Shown one piece after another: positions 19,633 through 29,195 of a stretch of DNA of 64,000 nt. The position numbers were made by a program, and so were the translations under genes. The notes beneath the pieces were generated by a model. That model ran no database searches. It saw only the letters and a list, made by a program, of their open reading frames with translations, and was not told where the DNA came from. How positions within the stretch are numbered: position 1 is the stretch's first letter; each line of letters begins with the position of its first letter. Origin of the DNA: an uncultured Clostridia bacterium (lineage in GTDB: Bacteria > Bacillota > Clostridia > Christensenellales > CAG-138); the NCBI GenBank assembly GCA_937915925.1, contig CALGGM010000178.1, positions 18,174-82,173 on the forward strand, written 5' to 3'.

Positions 19633-19666
19633 ACTATTCGTTAAAGACAAGTTTAACGAATAGTTA
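19633..19666. repeat. Perfect 14-bp inverted repeat with 6-bp spacer upstream of the recombinase gene
   Basis: AACTATTCGTTAAA-GACAAG-TTTAACGAATAGTT, read directly. It lies 58 bp upstream of start codon 19574. Confidence 0.9.
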
Positions 19667-19702
19667 TTTACAAATTTTCCATATTTCCGGGGTCTTTTCG
19701 TG

Positions 19703-19729
19703 AAAAAGCTCCGATGATCGCATCGGAGC
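19703..19729 (-). terminator. Intrinsic terminator of rnhA
   Basis: Minus strand GCTCCGATG-cgat-CATCGGAGC followed by TTTTT. Confidence 0.75.
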
Positions 19730-19738
19730 CGGAACGGT

Positions 19739-20188
19739 TTATTCCTGTGGATTTGTGAGTTTTTTGATCGCGTCTCTTGCAAGCTTGTCGCAGCGATTGT
19801 TTTCAACATTGTCCGCATGACCTTTGACTTTATGAAACCGTACGATGTGCGTGACGCACAATGCGTCGAGCGTTTCCCAAAGATCGCGGTTTTCGACTTC
19901 GTGCTTGTTCGCGGTTTTCCAACCGTTTCTGCGCCAGTTGTTCAGCCAGCCTTTTTCAAACGCGTTGCAAAGATACGCGCTGTCCGTATACAGATCGACC
20001 TGACAGCTTCGTTTCAGCAACCGCAGCGCCTCGATCGCAGCGGTCAGCTCCATACGGTTGTTGGTCGTGTTTTCCTCGCCGCCGCTTGCTTCCTTGCGGT
20101 ATTCGCCGAACATCAGCACGCAGCCCCAGCCGCCCGGTCCCGGATTATAGGAACATGCGCCGTCCGTGTAAATGGTTACCCGATCCAT
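19739..20188 (-). CDS. rnhA: ribonuclease HI
   Basis: IYTDGAC...NNRMEL...YTDS...GHADN carries the DEDD catalytic pattern. 149 aa. Confidence 0.92.
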   Translation of the reverse strand: MDRVTIYTDGACSYNPGPGGWGCVLMFGEYRKEASGGEENTTNNRMELTAAIEALRLLKRSCQVDLYTDSAYLCNAFEKGWLNNWRRNGWKTANKHEVENRDLWETLDALCVTHIVRFHKVKGHADNVENNRCDKLARDAIKKLTNPQE

Positions 20189-20194
20189 TCGTCC

Positions 20195-21091
20195 TCATTT
20201 CTGATCAAAAAATAATATATAATCTATAATCAACTGTAATTGGAGACGTTTCAGCTCTCCCGAAATCATCTCTGTATGTATGGTATCATGTTCGAGCAGA
20301 AATGTCGAGATGTTTTCTGCATATTGATCGAGCAGATCTTTGATCGGCTGTACGGTCGGATCCTTGATTTGCTGCATTTTTTCAAGGATCTCTGCCGTTT
20401 TTTGCTTCAGATCCGTGACCGAACCGAGCAATTTTTCAGCGTCGATGCTCCCTTTATCATAGGAAAGCGCGATCGAACAGAGCTCCGTCGGGATCTCGTC
20501 GAGCGCTTTTGCGGCGTCCGAAACGATCTGAACCGCTTCCTTATCGCCTTCCAGCGTGAGCTTCAACGCTTTCTTTTCGACGATGTACGGCGTCGCCTCA
20601 AACCCGTCCGCGCGTACCTGCGCCTGTACTTTCATCAAGGATTCTTCATCCGTATATGCCGCGGCAAACACCCGAAAGACCGCGCCTTCCGGATAGACGA
20701 CGCCGCCCGCGCCCATGCGCAGGATCTCGCTCGCGCGTTCCGCCGCCGCTTCCTTTTCGGTAAATGCGCCCATCTGCAGGATGTAGAACGGCGTTTCGTC
20801 GAGCGTGATCTGCTGCTTGGTTTTCTCGCTCGGCGCGGCGCTCGGCGATTCGGTCGCGGCGGGTTGGTCCTGACTTTTCAGGGTTTCCACGATGTCCGCA
20901 TCCTCCTTCTTCTCCGATGAAGTGCAGGAGAAAACCGGGACCAGTACATGATTCAAAAGGAAATCACCCGCAGGCGACAGAACGATGATCCCTGCGATCA
21001 GCGCGATCGAAAGCAGAACGAAGATCGCGGTACCGACGCCGTGTGCGCCCGCCTTTCCGCTCCTTGCCGACGTCCGTCTTTTGTGTTCCAT
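20195..21091 (-). CDS. SPOR domain-containing membrane protein
   Basis: Start moved to ATG 21091 (GGGAGG RBS). N-terminal TM helix; FYILQMGAFTEKEAAAERA...VFRVFAAAYTDEESL resembles a SPOR repeat. Confidence 0.6.
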   Translation of the reverse strand: MEHKRRTSARSGKAGAHGVGTAIFVLLSIALIAGIIVLSPAGDFLLNHVLVPVFSCTSSEKKEDADIVETLKSQDQPAATESPSAAPSEKTKQQITLDETPFYILQMGAFTEKEAAAERASEILRMGAGGVVYPEGAVFRVFAAAYTDEESLMKVQAQVRADGFEATPYIVEKKALKLTLEGDKEAVQIVSDAAKALDEIPTELCSIALSYDKGSIDAEKLLGSVTDLKQKTAEILEKMQQIKDPTVQPIKDLLDQYAENISTFLLEHDTIHTEMISGELKRLQLQLIIDYILFFDQK

Positions 21092-21163
21092 ATAAATAAA
21101 CCTCCCTGCTTTTGTTATCACAACATACGCCGGGAGGTTCGCATATATGCTTGTTGAAAGGAT

Positions 21164-22984
21164 TTATTTCTGTACCGTTTCATTCGACGATGGCACGACG
21201 ATATCCGGAACGGACGAAAGCGGAATCGCGTTGCTGACGTACTTTTTCAGCGTGAAGCGGAAGCATGTCCACTCCCCTTCCTTGCTGTCGACCTCAAGGT
21301 GCTCCTCGAGCTGATCCATGATCTTTTTCGCGATGGACAGGCCGAGACCGGTGCCGCCGTCCTTCCGGGATTTATCGACCTTGAAGAAGCGCTCGAACAC
21401 GCGTGAAAGGTTCTCTTTGGAGATGCCGATACCGTCGTCCCAGACGTCGACCCACACCTCATGTACGTTCTCCACGACGCTGAGCCGGATGGTCGTTTTT
21501 GCATAGCGAAGCGCGTTGTCGATCAGCACGACCAGCACCTGCTCGATGCGGTCACGGTCGCTCAGCACCGGCGAAACCGATTCCTGCGTTTCCAGCTCGA
21601 TCCGAATCCCGCGCTTCTTTGCCTCCGGATGGAAGCTTTGCGTAACCTCTTCAAGTAGCTCGTTGACGTCGAACATGGTCATTTCCATCGCTTCCGTGCC
21701 TGCCTGCAAGCGGGACAGCTGCAGCATATCGGTGATCAGGCGTGACAGCCGTTCCACCTCATGCAGCATGATCGTATAGTAGCGCTTCTGCGCTTCGGGA
21801 TCCTTGATCATGCCGTCCGAAAGCGGCTCCAAAAGCCCGCGCAGCGACGTCAGCGGCGTGCGCAATTCGTGGCTGATGTTCGCGACATATTCGTTGCGCA
21901 TCCGTTCGAGTTTTTCGATTTCGGTCGCGTCCTTGAACAGACCGACCGCGCCGACGCAGCCCTCGGAATCGGAGAGGACCGGCACGATGGAGATCCACAG
22001 CACGCGATCGCCGGGAAGATTGTAATGGAACATTCTCGGCTCCTCGGAGTCCACGACCGCTTCAAACGCTTCCCAAATGGATTTGTCGGGTACAAGGTCC
22101 ATCGTGGAATGGACATCGACTGCGCCGAACTGCCGCATCAGCGCGGGATTGTAATGCGTAAGCTCTCCTTGCTTGTTGATCGCGGCGACGCCGTCGGTGA
22201 AGCTTGAAAGGATATAGCCGAGCTGCCGCTTCTCGTTCTCCAACTGACGGATCGTCGAGGATAGCGCGCCGCTCATATTGTTCAGCGTGCGCGCAAACAG
22301 CCCGAGCTCGCCGGGATAATCGTCCTTTGCACGAACGTCATAATTGCCTTTGGAGAGCTGCTTTGCGACCGCGGTCATCTCCGCGATCGGATGCAGCATA
22401 TGATTGACGGCAAAATAGGACGTCAGGATGAGCAGCGGCAAAAGCAGCATCGAAACGAGCCACAGGGACCGTGAAAGACGCGAGAACGCGGTATTGATAT
22501 GGTTGATCTCGCGGATCAGGATGATGCTTCCGTAATAGCTCCCCTGCTCCTCATATAACGGACGTCCGACACAGATCGCGTTGACCGTCTCGGAGATCTT
22601 ATAATCGTCCAGCTCCACGGACTCGCCTGCGGACAGACGGTCGTACAGCGACTGCATATGGGAAAGGTCCGGAAGCTCCTTCAAGTTGGTCAGGGCGTCC
22701 GGTCCTCGGGACGATTCGATCAGCAGAATATAGGAGTTTTCATTCGGCGAGGAGACCGAGTCCAGATAACCGCCGAGAACGGACGGCGGAAGATCGCTGA
22801 CATTGGAGTACGAGAACAGATTCTGAATGCTGTCCGCGGTTTGATTCAACGACTTTCGCTCCAGTTCCACATATGTTTTTTTGCCGAAATAGGTATAAGC
22901 AAGCACGAGCGCGACGTTGCCGATGATCAGAAGCACCATGCAAATCAAAAACGCTCTGCGGAATACCTCTCCACCACGTTTCAT
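21164..22984 (-). CDS. sensor histidine kinase (TM-HAMP-PAS-HisKA-HATPase)
   Basis: H-box ISHELRTPLTSL, N-box LIDNALRY, G-boxes DDGIGI and GGTGLGLSI. Two TM segments flank an extracytoplasmic domain. Confidence 0.9.
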   Translation of the reverse strand: MKRGGEVFRRAFLICMVLLIIGNVALVLAYTYFGKKTYVELERKSLNQTADSIQNLFSYSNVSDLPPSVLGGYLDSVSSPNENSYILLIESSRGPDALTNLKELPDLSHMQSLYDRLSAGESVELDDYKISETVNAICVGRPLYEEQGSYYGSIILIREINHINTAFSRLSRSLWLVSMLLLPLLILTSYFAVNHMLHPIAEMTAVAKQLSKGNYDVRAKDDYPGELGLFARTLNNMSGALSSTIRQLENEKRQLGYILSSFTDGVAAINKQGELTHYNPALMRQFGAVDVHSTMDLVPDKSIWEAFEAVVDSEEPRMFHYNLPGDRVLWISIVPVLSDSEGCVGAVGLFKDATEIEKLERMRNEYVANISHELRTPLTSLRGLLEPLSDGMIKDPEAQKRYYTIMLHEVERLSRLITDMLQLSRLQAGTEAMEMTMFDVNELLEEVTQSFHPEAKKRGIRIELETQESVSPVLSDRDRIEQVLVVLIDNALRYAKTTIRLSVVENVHEVWVDVWDDGIGISKENLSRVFERFFKVDKSRKDGGTGLGLSIAKKIMDQLEEHLEVDSKEGEWTCFRFTLKKYVSNAIPLSSVPDIVVPSSNETVQK

Positions 22985-22990
22985 ATCGCG

Positions 22991-23680
22991 TTACGCATTC
23001 TCCAGTTCAAACTTATATCCGACGCCGTAGATCGTCTTGATGCTCCAACCGAGCCCGTCGGAGTCGAGCTTTGCGCGAAGGCGTTTGATGTGCGTGTCGA
23101 CCGTCCGCGTTTCACCGGCAAAGTCGTAGCCCCATACGCGGGACAGCAGCGTATCGCGCGTGAACACCTGCCCCGGGTTGGACGCGAGCATATACAGGAT
23201 CTCGATCTCCTTCGGCGTACAGATGACCTTTTCGCCGCGAAGCGTAACGGTGTAGCTGTTGAGATCGATCGTCAGCCCGTTATAGGAGAGCACGTTCGGA
23301 TCGGACGACTGCGCCTTCGCTTCCACGCGGCGCAGGATCGCCTTGACGCGGGCGACGACCTCGCGCGGACTGAACGGCTTGACGATGTAATCGTCGGCGC
23401 CGAGCTCCAGCCCGAGGATCCGGTCGATCTCCTCGCCCTTTGCGGTGAGCATGACGATCGGGACCGTCGAGGTCTTGCGTACCTCACGGCACACGTCGAT
23501 GCCGGAAAGCTTCGGCATCATGATATCCAAAATGATCAGCGAAACGGAGCTGTCAAGCTTGGAAAGCCCCTCCGCGCCGTCATAAGCGTCAAGAACCTCG
23601 TAGCCTTCCGCCTCAAAGTAAATACGCAGCGATTCATGCACGACGGGTTCGTCGTCGCAGATCAGAATTCTGATAGCCAT
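22991..23680 (-). CDS. OmpR-family response regulator
   Basis: Receiver DD...D (ILDIMMP)...K plus a winged-helix C-domain (TVDTHIKRLRAKL). Confidence 0.93.
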   Translation of the reverse strand: MAIRILICDDEPVVHESLRIYFEAEGYEVLDAYDGAEGLSKLDSSVSLIILDIMMPKLSGIDVCREVRKTSTVPIVMLTAKGEEIDRILGLELGADDYIVKPFSPREVVARVKAILRRVEAKAQSSDPNVLSYNGLTIDLNSYTVTLRGEKVICTPKEIEILYMLASNPGQVFTRDTLLSRVWGYDFAGETRTVDTHIKRLRAKLDSDGLGWSIKTIYGVGYKFELENA

Positions 23681-23785
23681 ACTGTGATTCCTCCATTATT
23701 GTTCGATCGTATTCTACCGCTTTTGACAGGGAAACGGCAAGATGCAAACACAAAAGTTCGCGCGCCTTTCACATTCCCATCACAA

Positions 23786-26470
23786 TTACGGTTCCGTCAG
23801 CAGTCGATTATAGACCTGCAGCAGCTCGTCGTACGCTTTGTGGTACGAATCCGAATCGGAAGCCTTGCGCATCCGCTCGATCAGATCGTTCAAAAGCGCG
23901 ACGTCCTCTGGTGAAATATTCTCGTTTTCCGCGATCAGCTTTTCGACCGATTCGATCAAAAGATCGCCCTTTTGCTTGAGCGCCTCGAACGACGAGTCGA
24001 TCGTGCAGACCGGGAATTCCATGATGAACTGCGAAATGCTGCGGTCCGTCCGCACCCATGTATCTCCGAACAGCTTATTGAGAACGCTGTCCTCGAGATC
24101 GTAGAACGGATTGCCGGGACGAAGCAGGATATACGTGTGCTGCTCGATGTCGTCCGGATTGCAGAACTTCCCGGCGACCGCGCCGGACTGCCTGCAGATC
24201 GAGAGCGTCGCATGCATATCGCAGGGCTCCGTCGGCACGTTCGAATAGCTGAACCAATCGGTCACCGTCTTGTACTTGCTGAACGCGCTGTCGGAGTTCC
24301 GATAGTGGATGCATGCGTCCGTCGCAAGCTTGCCGGAGATCGGGCAAACCGTGCGCTGCACAAGACCGAGGGTCGATTCGGTCTCGTCGATGATCGGCTT
24401 GCTCTCCGCTCCCTCCATGAGACGCGTCATGAACTTATTCCAGAGCACAGCCGCGTAATCGCCGCCGGACGAGCCGGTTTCCAGCTTGTTGACGGGCATG
24501 TCGTGACCGATCCATACGACCGCCGTGTACTTGCAGGTCATGCCCGCAAAGAAGACGCTCGCATAGTCCGAGTTCGTTCCGGTCTTTCCCGCGACCTCAT
24601 AGCCCGGGATCTTTGCCTTGACGCCGGTTCCGGATTCCACCGCATCCTTCATCAGATCGACCAGCATGTACGCGGTCGACGCGTCGGAATACACCTTCGT
24701 CTGTGAACCTCTGATGACGTCCGCGTTCAGGATCACGTTCCCTTCGTTGTCTGTGACCTTCGTAAACGAGAGCGGTTCGTTGTAATAGCCGTTGTTTGCG
24801 ATGGCGGCGTATGCGGCGCACATCTGCAGCGGCGTGATGCCGCTCGTGCCGAGCGCAAGACCGGGACCGTCCTTGTTGAGCTGCGATTCCGGAATGCCGA
24901 GCCGCGACAGATAATCGACGGATTGATCGACGCCGACGTACTTCGAGAACAGCATCCTCGCCGCAACGACGTTCAGCGATTGGATCAGACCGTAACGAAG
25001 CGTGACCGGTCCGTAATGCTTCTTACTGAGACCGCCCTCCGGATAACCCTTGTCGCCGCCCCAGCCCTCGATCGCGCCTTCGGTATTGACGACCACCGTG
25101 GCAGGAGACGCGCCGTTATCGAGCGCGGGACCGTAAATGCTCAACGGCTTGATGGACGAGCCGACCTCGACATAGCTCTGCGTCGCGCGGTTCAGCCCCT
25201 TACGGATGATCGGCTCGGTTCTTCCGCCGATGATCGCGCGGATCTGTCCCGTCGACTGATCCATCACGACGGCGGCAGCCTGCGGCTCGATCGTTTCGAT
25301 CGTGATGCTGTCCGAGATGGTTTCCGTAATGACGTTCTGGCTCATGTCCGCAAGCTTCGGATAGCCGTCCCAGTTCTCGATCTCATACTGTACGGTTTCC
25401 TGTACGTACGGATCGAGCGTCGTATAGATGCGATAGCCACCGGTTCTCAGCCTGTTTTCATAGATCTGGCGGTTTTGCGCGTTGTTTACGACATGGTCCT
25501 GCGCCATCCAGTGCGTGATCACATCGTCGATGCAATACTCCACAAAGTACGCATAGTCATACATGCGCGAGTTTTCGGACACGGGATTGATGTAAACCTC
25601 CTCGCTCAACGCGGAAAGGTACTGCTCGCGCGTGATCTTATCGTTTTCGTACATGCGCGCAAGGACCGTGTTCGTACGTGCGACGGTGTAGGTCTCGTAT
25701 GCGTCCGGGTCGCGTCCGTAGGTCTCCCAATAATAATTCAGACGCGGATTGTAACGGTACGGATTCTGTGTAAGCCCGGCAATCAGAGCGCATTCGCGAA
25801 CGGTGAGCTCGTTCAGATCCTTGCCGAAATAATCCTTCGCAGCGGTTTTCACGCCGTAATTGGAGCCGCCGAGATAGATATCGTTGAGGTAGGCTTCAAG
25901 AATATCGTCCTTCTCCATCACCTTCTCGCACTGCAGCGCAAGGAACGCCTCCTGCACCTTGCGCTTATAGGTGCGCTCGGAGCCGAGGACCTTGTTTTTG
26001 ATCAGCTGCTGCGTGATCGTGCTGCCGCCGGAGGAATTGCTGTTGCCGAGGATCTCGAGCGCAGCGGAAAACAGACGCTTGAAATCGACGCCGCTGTGCT
26101 TGTAAAAACGGACGTCCTCGACGGAGATGAACGCGTTGCGTAGCATCTCCGGGATCTCGTCAAGCTCGACCCAATCGCGGTATTCAATCGCGGAGATCGA
26201 CATCAGCTCGTTTCCGTTGACGTCATAAAGGTACGAGGTGCGATCGCTTTTGGTCAGCTGGGCAATATCAAAAACGGGCGTTGTATCGACATAGGCTTTC
26301 AACACGCCGTACACAAGCCCGACGCCCGCCATGCCGACGATCAGTACCGCGACGAGGATCAGCTTCAGCGACAAAAACAATACGTCCAGCGCAAAGGGTT
26401 TTTGGTCCTTGCTCCGGGTAAACAGGGATTCCCTGCCGATATGTACTTGCTCTTTTGCGATTTTTTCCAT
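23786..26470 (-). CDS. bifunctional penicillin-binding protein 1A (glycosyltransferase 51 / transpeptidase)
   Basis: GT51 motifs SVEDVRFYKHSGVD and GGSTITQQL. Transpeptidase motifs SSIKP, SLN, KTGT. N-terminal TM anchor. Confidence 0.93.
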   Translation of the reverse strand: MEKIAKEQVHIGRESLFTRSKDQKPFALDVLFLSLKLILVAVLIVGMAGVGLVYGVLKAYVDTTPVFDIAQLTKSDRTSYLYDVNGNELMSISAIEYRDWVELDEIPEMLRNAFISVEDVRFYKHSGVDFKRLFSAALEILGNSNSSGGSTITQQLIKNKVLGSERTYKRKVQEAFLALQCEKVMEKDDILEAYLNDIYLGGSNYGVKTAAKDYFGKDLNELTVRECALIAGLTQNPYRYNPRLNYYWETYGRDPDAYETYTVARTNTVLARMYENDKITREQYLSALSEEVYINPVSENSRMYDYAYFVEYCIDDVITHWMAQDHVVNNAQNRQIYENRLRTGGYRIYTTLDPYVQETVQYEIENWDGYPKLADMSQNVITETISDSITIETIEPQAAAVVMDQSTGQIRAIIGGRTEPIIRKGLNRATQSYVEVGSSIKPLSIYGPALDNGASPATVVVNTEGAIEGWGGDKGYPEGGLSKKHYGPVTLRYGLIQSLNVVAARMLFSKYVGVDQSVDYLSRLGIPESQLNKDGPGLALGTSGITPLQMCAAYAAIANNGYYNEPLSFTKVTDNEGNVILNADVIRGSQTKVYSDASTAYMLVDLMKDAVESGTGVKAKIPGYEVAGKTGTNSDYASVFFAGMTCKYTAVVWIGHDMPVNKLETGSSGGDYAAVLWNKFMTRLMEGAESKPIIDETESTLGLVQRTVCPISGKLATDACIHYRNSDSAFSKYKTVTDWFSYSNVPTEPCDMHATLSICRQSGAVAGKFCNPDDIEQHTYILLRPGNPFYDLEDSVLNKLFGDTWVRTDRSISQFIMEFPVCTIDSSFEALKQKGDLLIESVEKLIAENENISPEDVALLNDLIERMRKASDSDSYHKAYDELLQVYNRLLTEP

Positions 26471-26554
26471 AATGCAAGTATATCATATTTTTGATATTCG
26501 TGAAGATACTTTTTTCATTGTTTATAAAAATAACACTTTCCCGTGAAAAAAGTC

Positions 26555-26583
26555 TTGCCTTTTTTCGGGGAATGCCGTATAAT
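26555..26583 (+). promoter_or_regulatory. sigma-A-type promoter of tRNA-Ala
   Basis: TTGCCT-N17-TATAAT, ending 11 nt before the tRNA 5' end. Confidence 0.65.
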
Positions 26584-26594
26584 ACACCTTGCTT

Positions 26595-26671
26595 GGGGCT
26601 TTAGCGAAGTTGGCTATCGCGCTACACTGGCAGTGTAGAGATCAGGGGTTCGAATCCCCTAAGCTCCACCA
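26595..26671 (+). tRNA. tRNA-Ala (anticodon GGC), CCA encoded
   Basis: Manual cloverleaf: acceptor GGGGCTT/AAGCTCC with the G3:U70 alanine identity pair, D stem GCGA/TCGC, anticodon stem CTACA/TGTAG with loop CTGGCAG, T arm AGGGG-TTCGAAT-CCCCT. Confidence 0.95.
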
Positions 26672-26673
26672 AG

Positions 26674-26703
26674 AAAAACCTCGTCGGAAGATGAGGTTTT
26701 TTT
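26674..26703. terminator. Bidirectional terminator (tRNA-Ala on +, folA on -)
   Basis: ACCTCGTC-ggaa-GATGAGGT flanked by AAAAA and TTTTTTT. Confidence 0.75.
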
Positions 26704-26758
26704 GATAATGCGTTCCGATCGCGGAATGCGAAATGTTATTCTCTAAAAGGTTTTCTCT

Positions 26759-27265
26759 TCAATCCGGTTTTTGCACATCGGTATTCGTATAGGTCAAAAA
26801 GCGATAGTCCGTCTCCCCCTCCGTCTTTCGTTCACCGACGTCGGTTAAGATCCAGTTCGGAAGAAGATTCAAATTCGGAAAGAACCGATCCGCTGCTGCT
26901 TCGGTAAACGTCATCGTGACGTGCGCCGTATCGCAGTACGGAAGCAGCAGCCGATAAACTTGCTCGCCGCCGCAAACAAAGACGGAGGCGGGATCGCGAT
27001 CTGATAGAAGACGCTTGAGCTCGTGAAGATCATGACAGATCAGAGCGCCGTCGACCGAAAAGGACGGATCCCTTGTTAAAATAATGTTTTCCCGATTTTT
27101 CAGAGGCGCGGCGTTCGGGAACGTCAGAAGCGTCTTCCTTCCGATGATGATCGTATTGTGCTCGGTGAACGCGCGAAAACGGCGCATATCCTCACGGATG
27201 CGCACCAAAAGGCGGTTTTCACTTCCGATGCCCCATTGCGGGGTGACATTGACGATTGCCTGCAT
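26759..27265 (-). CDS. folA: dihydrofolate reductase
   Basis: WGIGSENRLLVRIREDMRRFRAFT...IIIGRKT...VCGGEQVY. 168 aa, 3 nt downstream of thyA. Confidence 0.92.
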   Translation of the reverse strand: MQAIVNVTPQWGIGSENRLLVRIREDMRRFRAFTEHNTIIIGRKTLLTFPNAAPLKNRENIILTRDPSFSVDGALICHDLHELKRLLSDRDPASVFVCGGEQVYRLLLPYCDTAHVTMTFTEAAADRFFPNLNLLPNWILTDVGERKTEGETDYRFLTYTNTDVQKPD

Positions 27266-27268
27266 GGC

Positions 27269-28099
27269 TCAGATCGCAACGGGGATCGTACCCTCGAACG
27301 GATGATATTGATACCCTTCCATCTTGAAGGACGACGGCTTGAATTCGTAAAAGTCCTTTACCGTCGGATCGACGGTGAACTTCGGCGCGTCAAGAGGCGG
27401 CAGCTCCAGCATCTTCCTTACCATCTCCACATGCCGATCGTAAATATGGCAGTCCGCGATGACGTGCACGAGCTCGCCGGGCTCTAGTCCGGACACCTGC
27501 GCAAACATATGAACGAGCGCGGCATACTGCACCACGTTCCAGTTGTTTGCGGTCAGCATGTCCTGCGACCTTTGATTCAGGATCGCGTTCAGACGGTTGC
27601 CGGACACGTTGAACGTCATGCTGTACGCGCACGGGTACAGATGCATTTCGTGCAGGTCCTCGAAGTCGTACATGCTTGTGAGGATGCGTCTGCTTGCAGG
27701 ATCGTGTTTCAGCTGATATAAAACGCGGTCCACCTGGTCGAATTCACCCTCGGGATAGATGCTCTTTTTTGCAAGCTGAAAGCCGTACGCCTTGCCGATC
27801 GAACCGGTTTCATCCGCCCAGCTGTCCCAGATATGGCTGTTCAGATCGTTGACGTTATTGGACTTCTTCTGCCAGATCCATAAAAGCTCGCCGATGGCGG
27901 ACTTCCAGTACGTTCTGCGAAGCGTCATGATCGGGAATTCCTTTTGAAGATCGTAGCGATTGACAACGCCGAACAGCTTGACCGTATGCGCGGGCGTGCC
28001 GTCCTCCCATTTCGGGCGTACTGCCTGATCGGTATCCCAAACGCCTTCGTTCAGGATCCGTTTGCAGGTTTCTATATAGACTTGATCCGCGTAGCTCAT
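27269..28099 (-). CDS. thyA: thymidylate synthase (ThyA, B. subtilis ThyA-like subtype)
   Basis: Start moved to ATG 28099 (GGAGG RBS). DGTPAHT, AIGELLWIWQKKSN, active-site YPCAYS, RSQDM. Confidence 0.93.
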   Translation of the reverse strand: MSYADQVYIETCKRILNEGVWDTDQAVRPKWEDGTPAHTVKLFGVVNRYDLQKEFPIMTLRRTYWKSAIGELLWIWQKKSNNVNDLNSHIWDSWADETGSIGKAYGFQLAKKSIYPEGEFDQVDRVLYQLKHDPASRRILTSMYDFEDLHEMHLYPCAYSMTFNVSGNRLNAILNQRSQDMLTANNWNVVQYAALVHMFAQVSGLEPGELVHVIADCHIYDRHVEMVRKMLELPPLDAPKFTVDPTVKDFYEFKPSSFKMEGYQYHPFEGTIPVAI

Positions 28100-28162
28100 A
28101 GAAAAAACCTCCGATGTGTTATTGCTATTATATAACACACTCGGGGGTGAATTCAAGTCAAA

Positions 28163-28627
28163 TCAAGTCTTTGTGAGAAATACATGCTGACATTTGGAGC
28201 ACGTCACGCGGATCTTCCCTTTGTGCCGCGGCGCGCGCATGCGCTGCCTGCATTGCGGACAGCGGAAGTATTTATAGGTTTTGCGGTCCTTCCACTGCTG
28301 CTTCTTCGCGTCGAACCAGCGTTTGATCCGCTGTTTGCGATACAAAAAACGTGTGTTTTCCGCCTGCCGCTTCGCAACGTTTCGCGAGAACACGCGGAAG
28401 ATCCAAAGCACCATCAGCGCAATGCCGATCCCGTATGTGACATAGTACAGGATGCGGAAGACAGTCGAAGCGCCGACGGCTTCGTGCCGCAGGAATACGA
28501 GGGAAAGAAACGTAAACACGATCGCGACGATCAGGCAGACAAGGCTGCTGCGATTCAAAAACTGCGCGAGCGCGTCGACGCCGTTCCGACCCTGCATAAA
28601 CCGATAAAGACGATTACGAAAGTTCAT
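28163..28627 (-). CDS. membrane protein with C-terminal zinc ribbon (hypothetical)
   Basis: Two TM helices, a basic linker, then CPQC...N17...CSKC. Its start overlaps the stop of the upstream J-domain gene by 14 nt. Confidence 0.6.
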   Translation of the reverse strand: MNFRNRLYRFMQGRNGVDALAQFLNRSSLVCLIVAIVFTFLSLVFLRHEAVGASTVFRILYYVTYGIGIALMVLWIFRVFSRNVAKRQAENTRFLYRKQRIKRWFDAKKQQWKDRKTYKYFRCPQCRQRMRAPRHKGKIRVTCSKCQHVFLTKT

Positions 28628-29195
28628 ATAGTTCTCCTGTTCCGAACGGTTCGTTCACTTCGTTCGTTTGATCATAATCACTGTTGTAGTACTCTCCGAA
28701 GATCGGATAGTAGCATGAATAATAGAAGCCTCTTGCGACGCATCTTGCGAACAGCAAAAAGACGAGGAAGGTCAAAAACAGGGACAGCAGACGGAACGGT
28801 CTGGACTGCACCGTGCTCCTGCGCGTCGTACGCTGCTCCTCGAAGATCGAGCCCCAACCGAACGGCGGCTCGTTCCCGTCGGACGAATTGCCCGTATAGG
28901 ACCCGCCGTAATACCCTTGTCCGGTGCGGTAATAGGTCTGCCACGGATCGGAGCCTCTTGCGCTTTGCTGATAGTAGGTCTGCGAGCTTTGCGCCGTGCG
29001 GTATGCCGCGCGCTTCTCCGCGGTCTTGATCTGGTCGTAGGCGACGTTGACGTCGTTCATCTTCGACGCGGCGACCGGATCGTTCGGGTTCAGATCGGGA
29101 TGGTACTTTTTGGCAAGACGCCGGTACGCCGCACGGATCTCTTCGTCGGTCGCCGTTTCGGATACGCCCAAGACGGTGTACGGATTCTTTGCCAT
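28614..29195 (-). CDS. J-domain (DnaJ-like) membrane-anchored protein
   Basis: NPYTVLGVSETATDEEIRAAYRRLAKKYHPDLN with an HPD motif, a Tyr/Gly/Gln-rich linker, and a C-terminal TM helix. Start is either ATG 29195 (AGGGGA RBS) or ATG 29228. Confidence 0.75.
   Translation of the reverse strand: MAKNPYTVLGVSETATDEEIRAAYRRLAKKYHPDLNPNDPVAASKMNDVNVAYDQIKTAEKRAAYRTAQSSQTYYQQSARGSDPWQTYYRTGQGYYGGSYTGNSSDGNEPPFGWGSIFEEQRTTRRSTVQSRPFRLLSLFLTFLVFLLFARCVARGFYYSCYYPIFGEYYNSDYDQTNEVNEPFGTGELYELS

Noticed and set aside
5287-26143. Other long antisense or alternate-frame ORFs in the track: 5287-6567, 7710-8384, 11347-12774, 12865-13698, 22658-23914, 24923-26143 and similar.
   Set aside because: Each lies opposite or out of frame to a gene with clear family motifs (yloV, recG, mutS, HK/RR, PBP1A). 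None has an RBS or a recognisable motif. Such ORFs are expected at this GC content.
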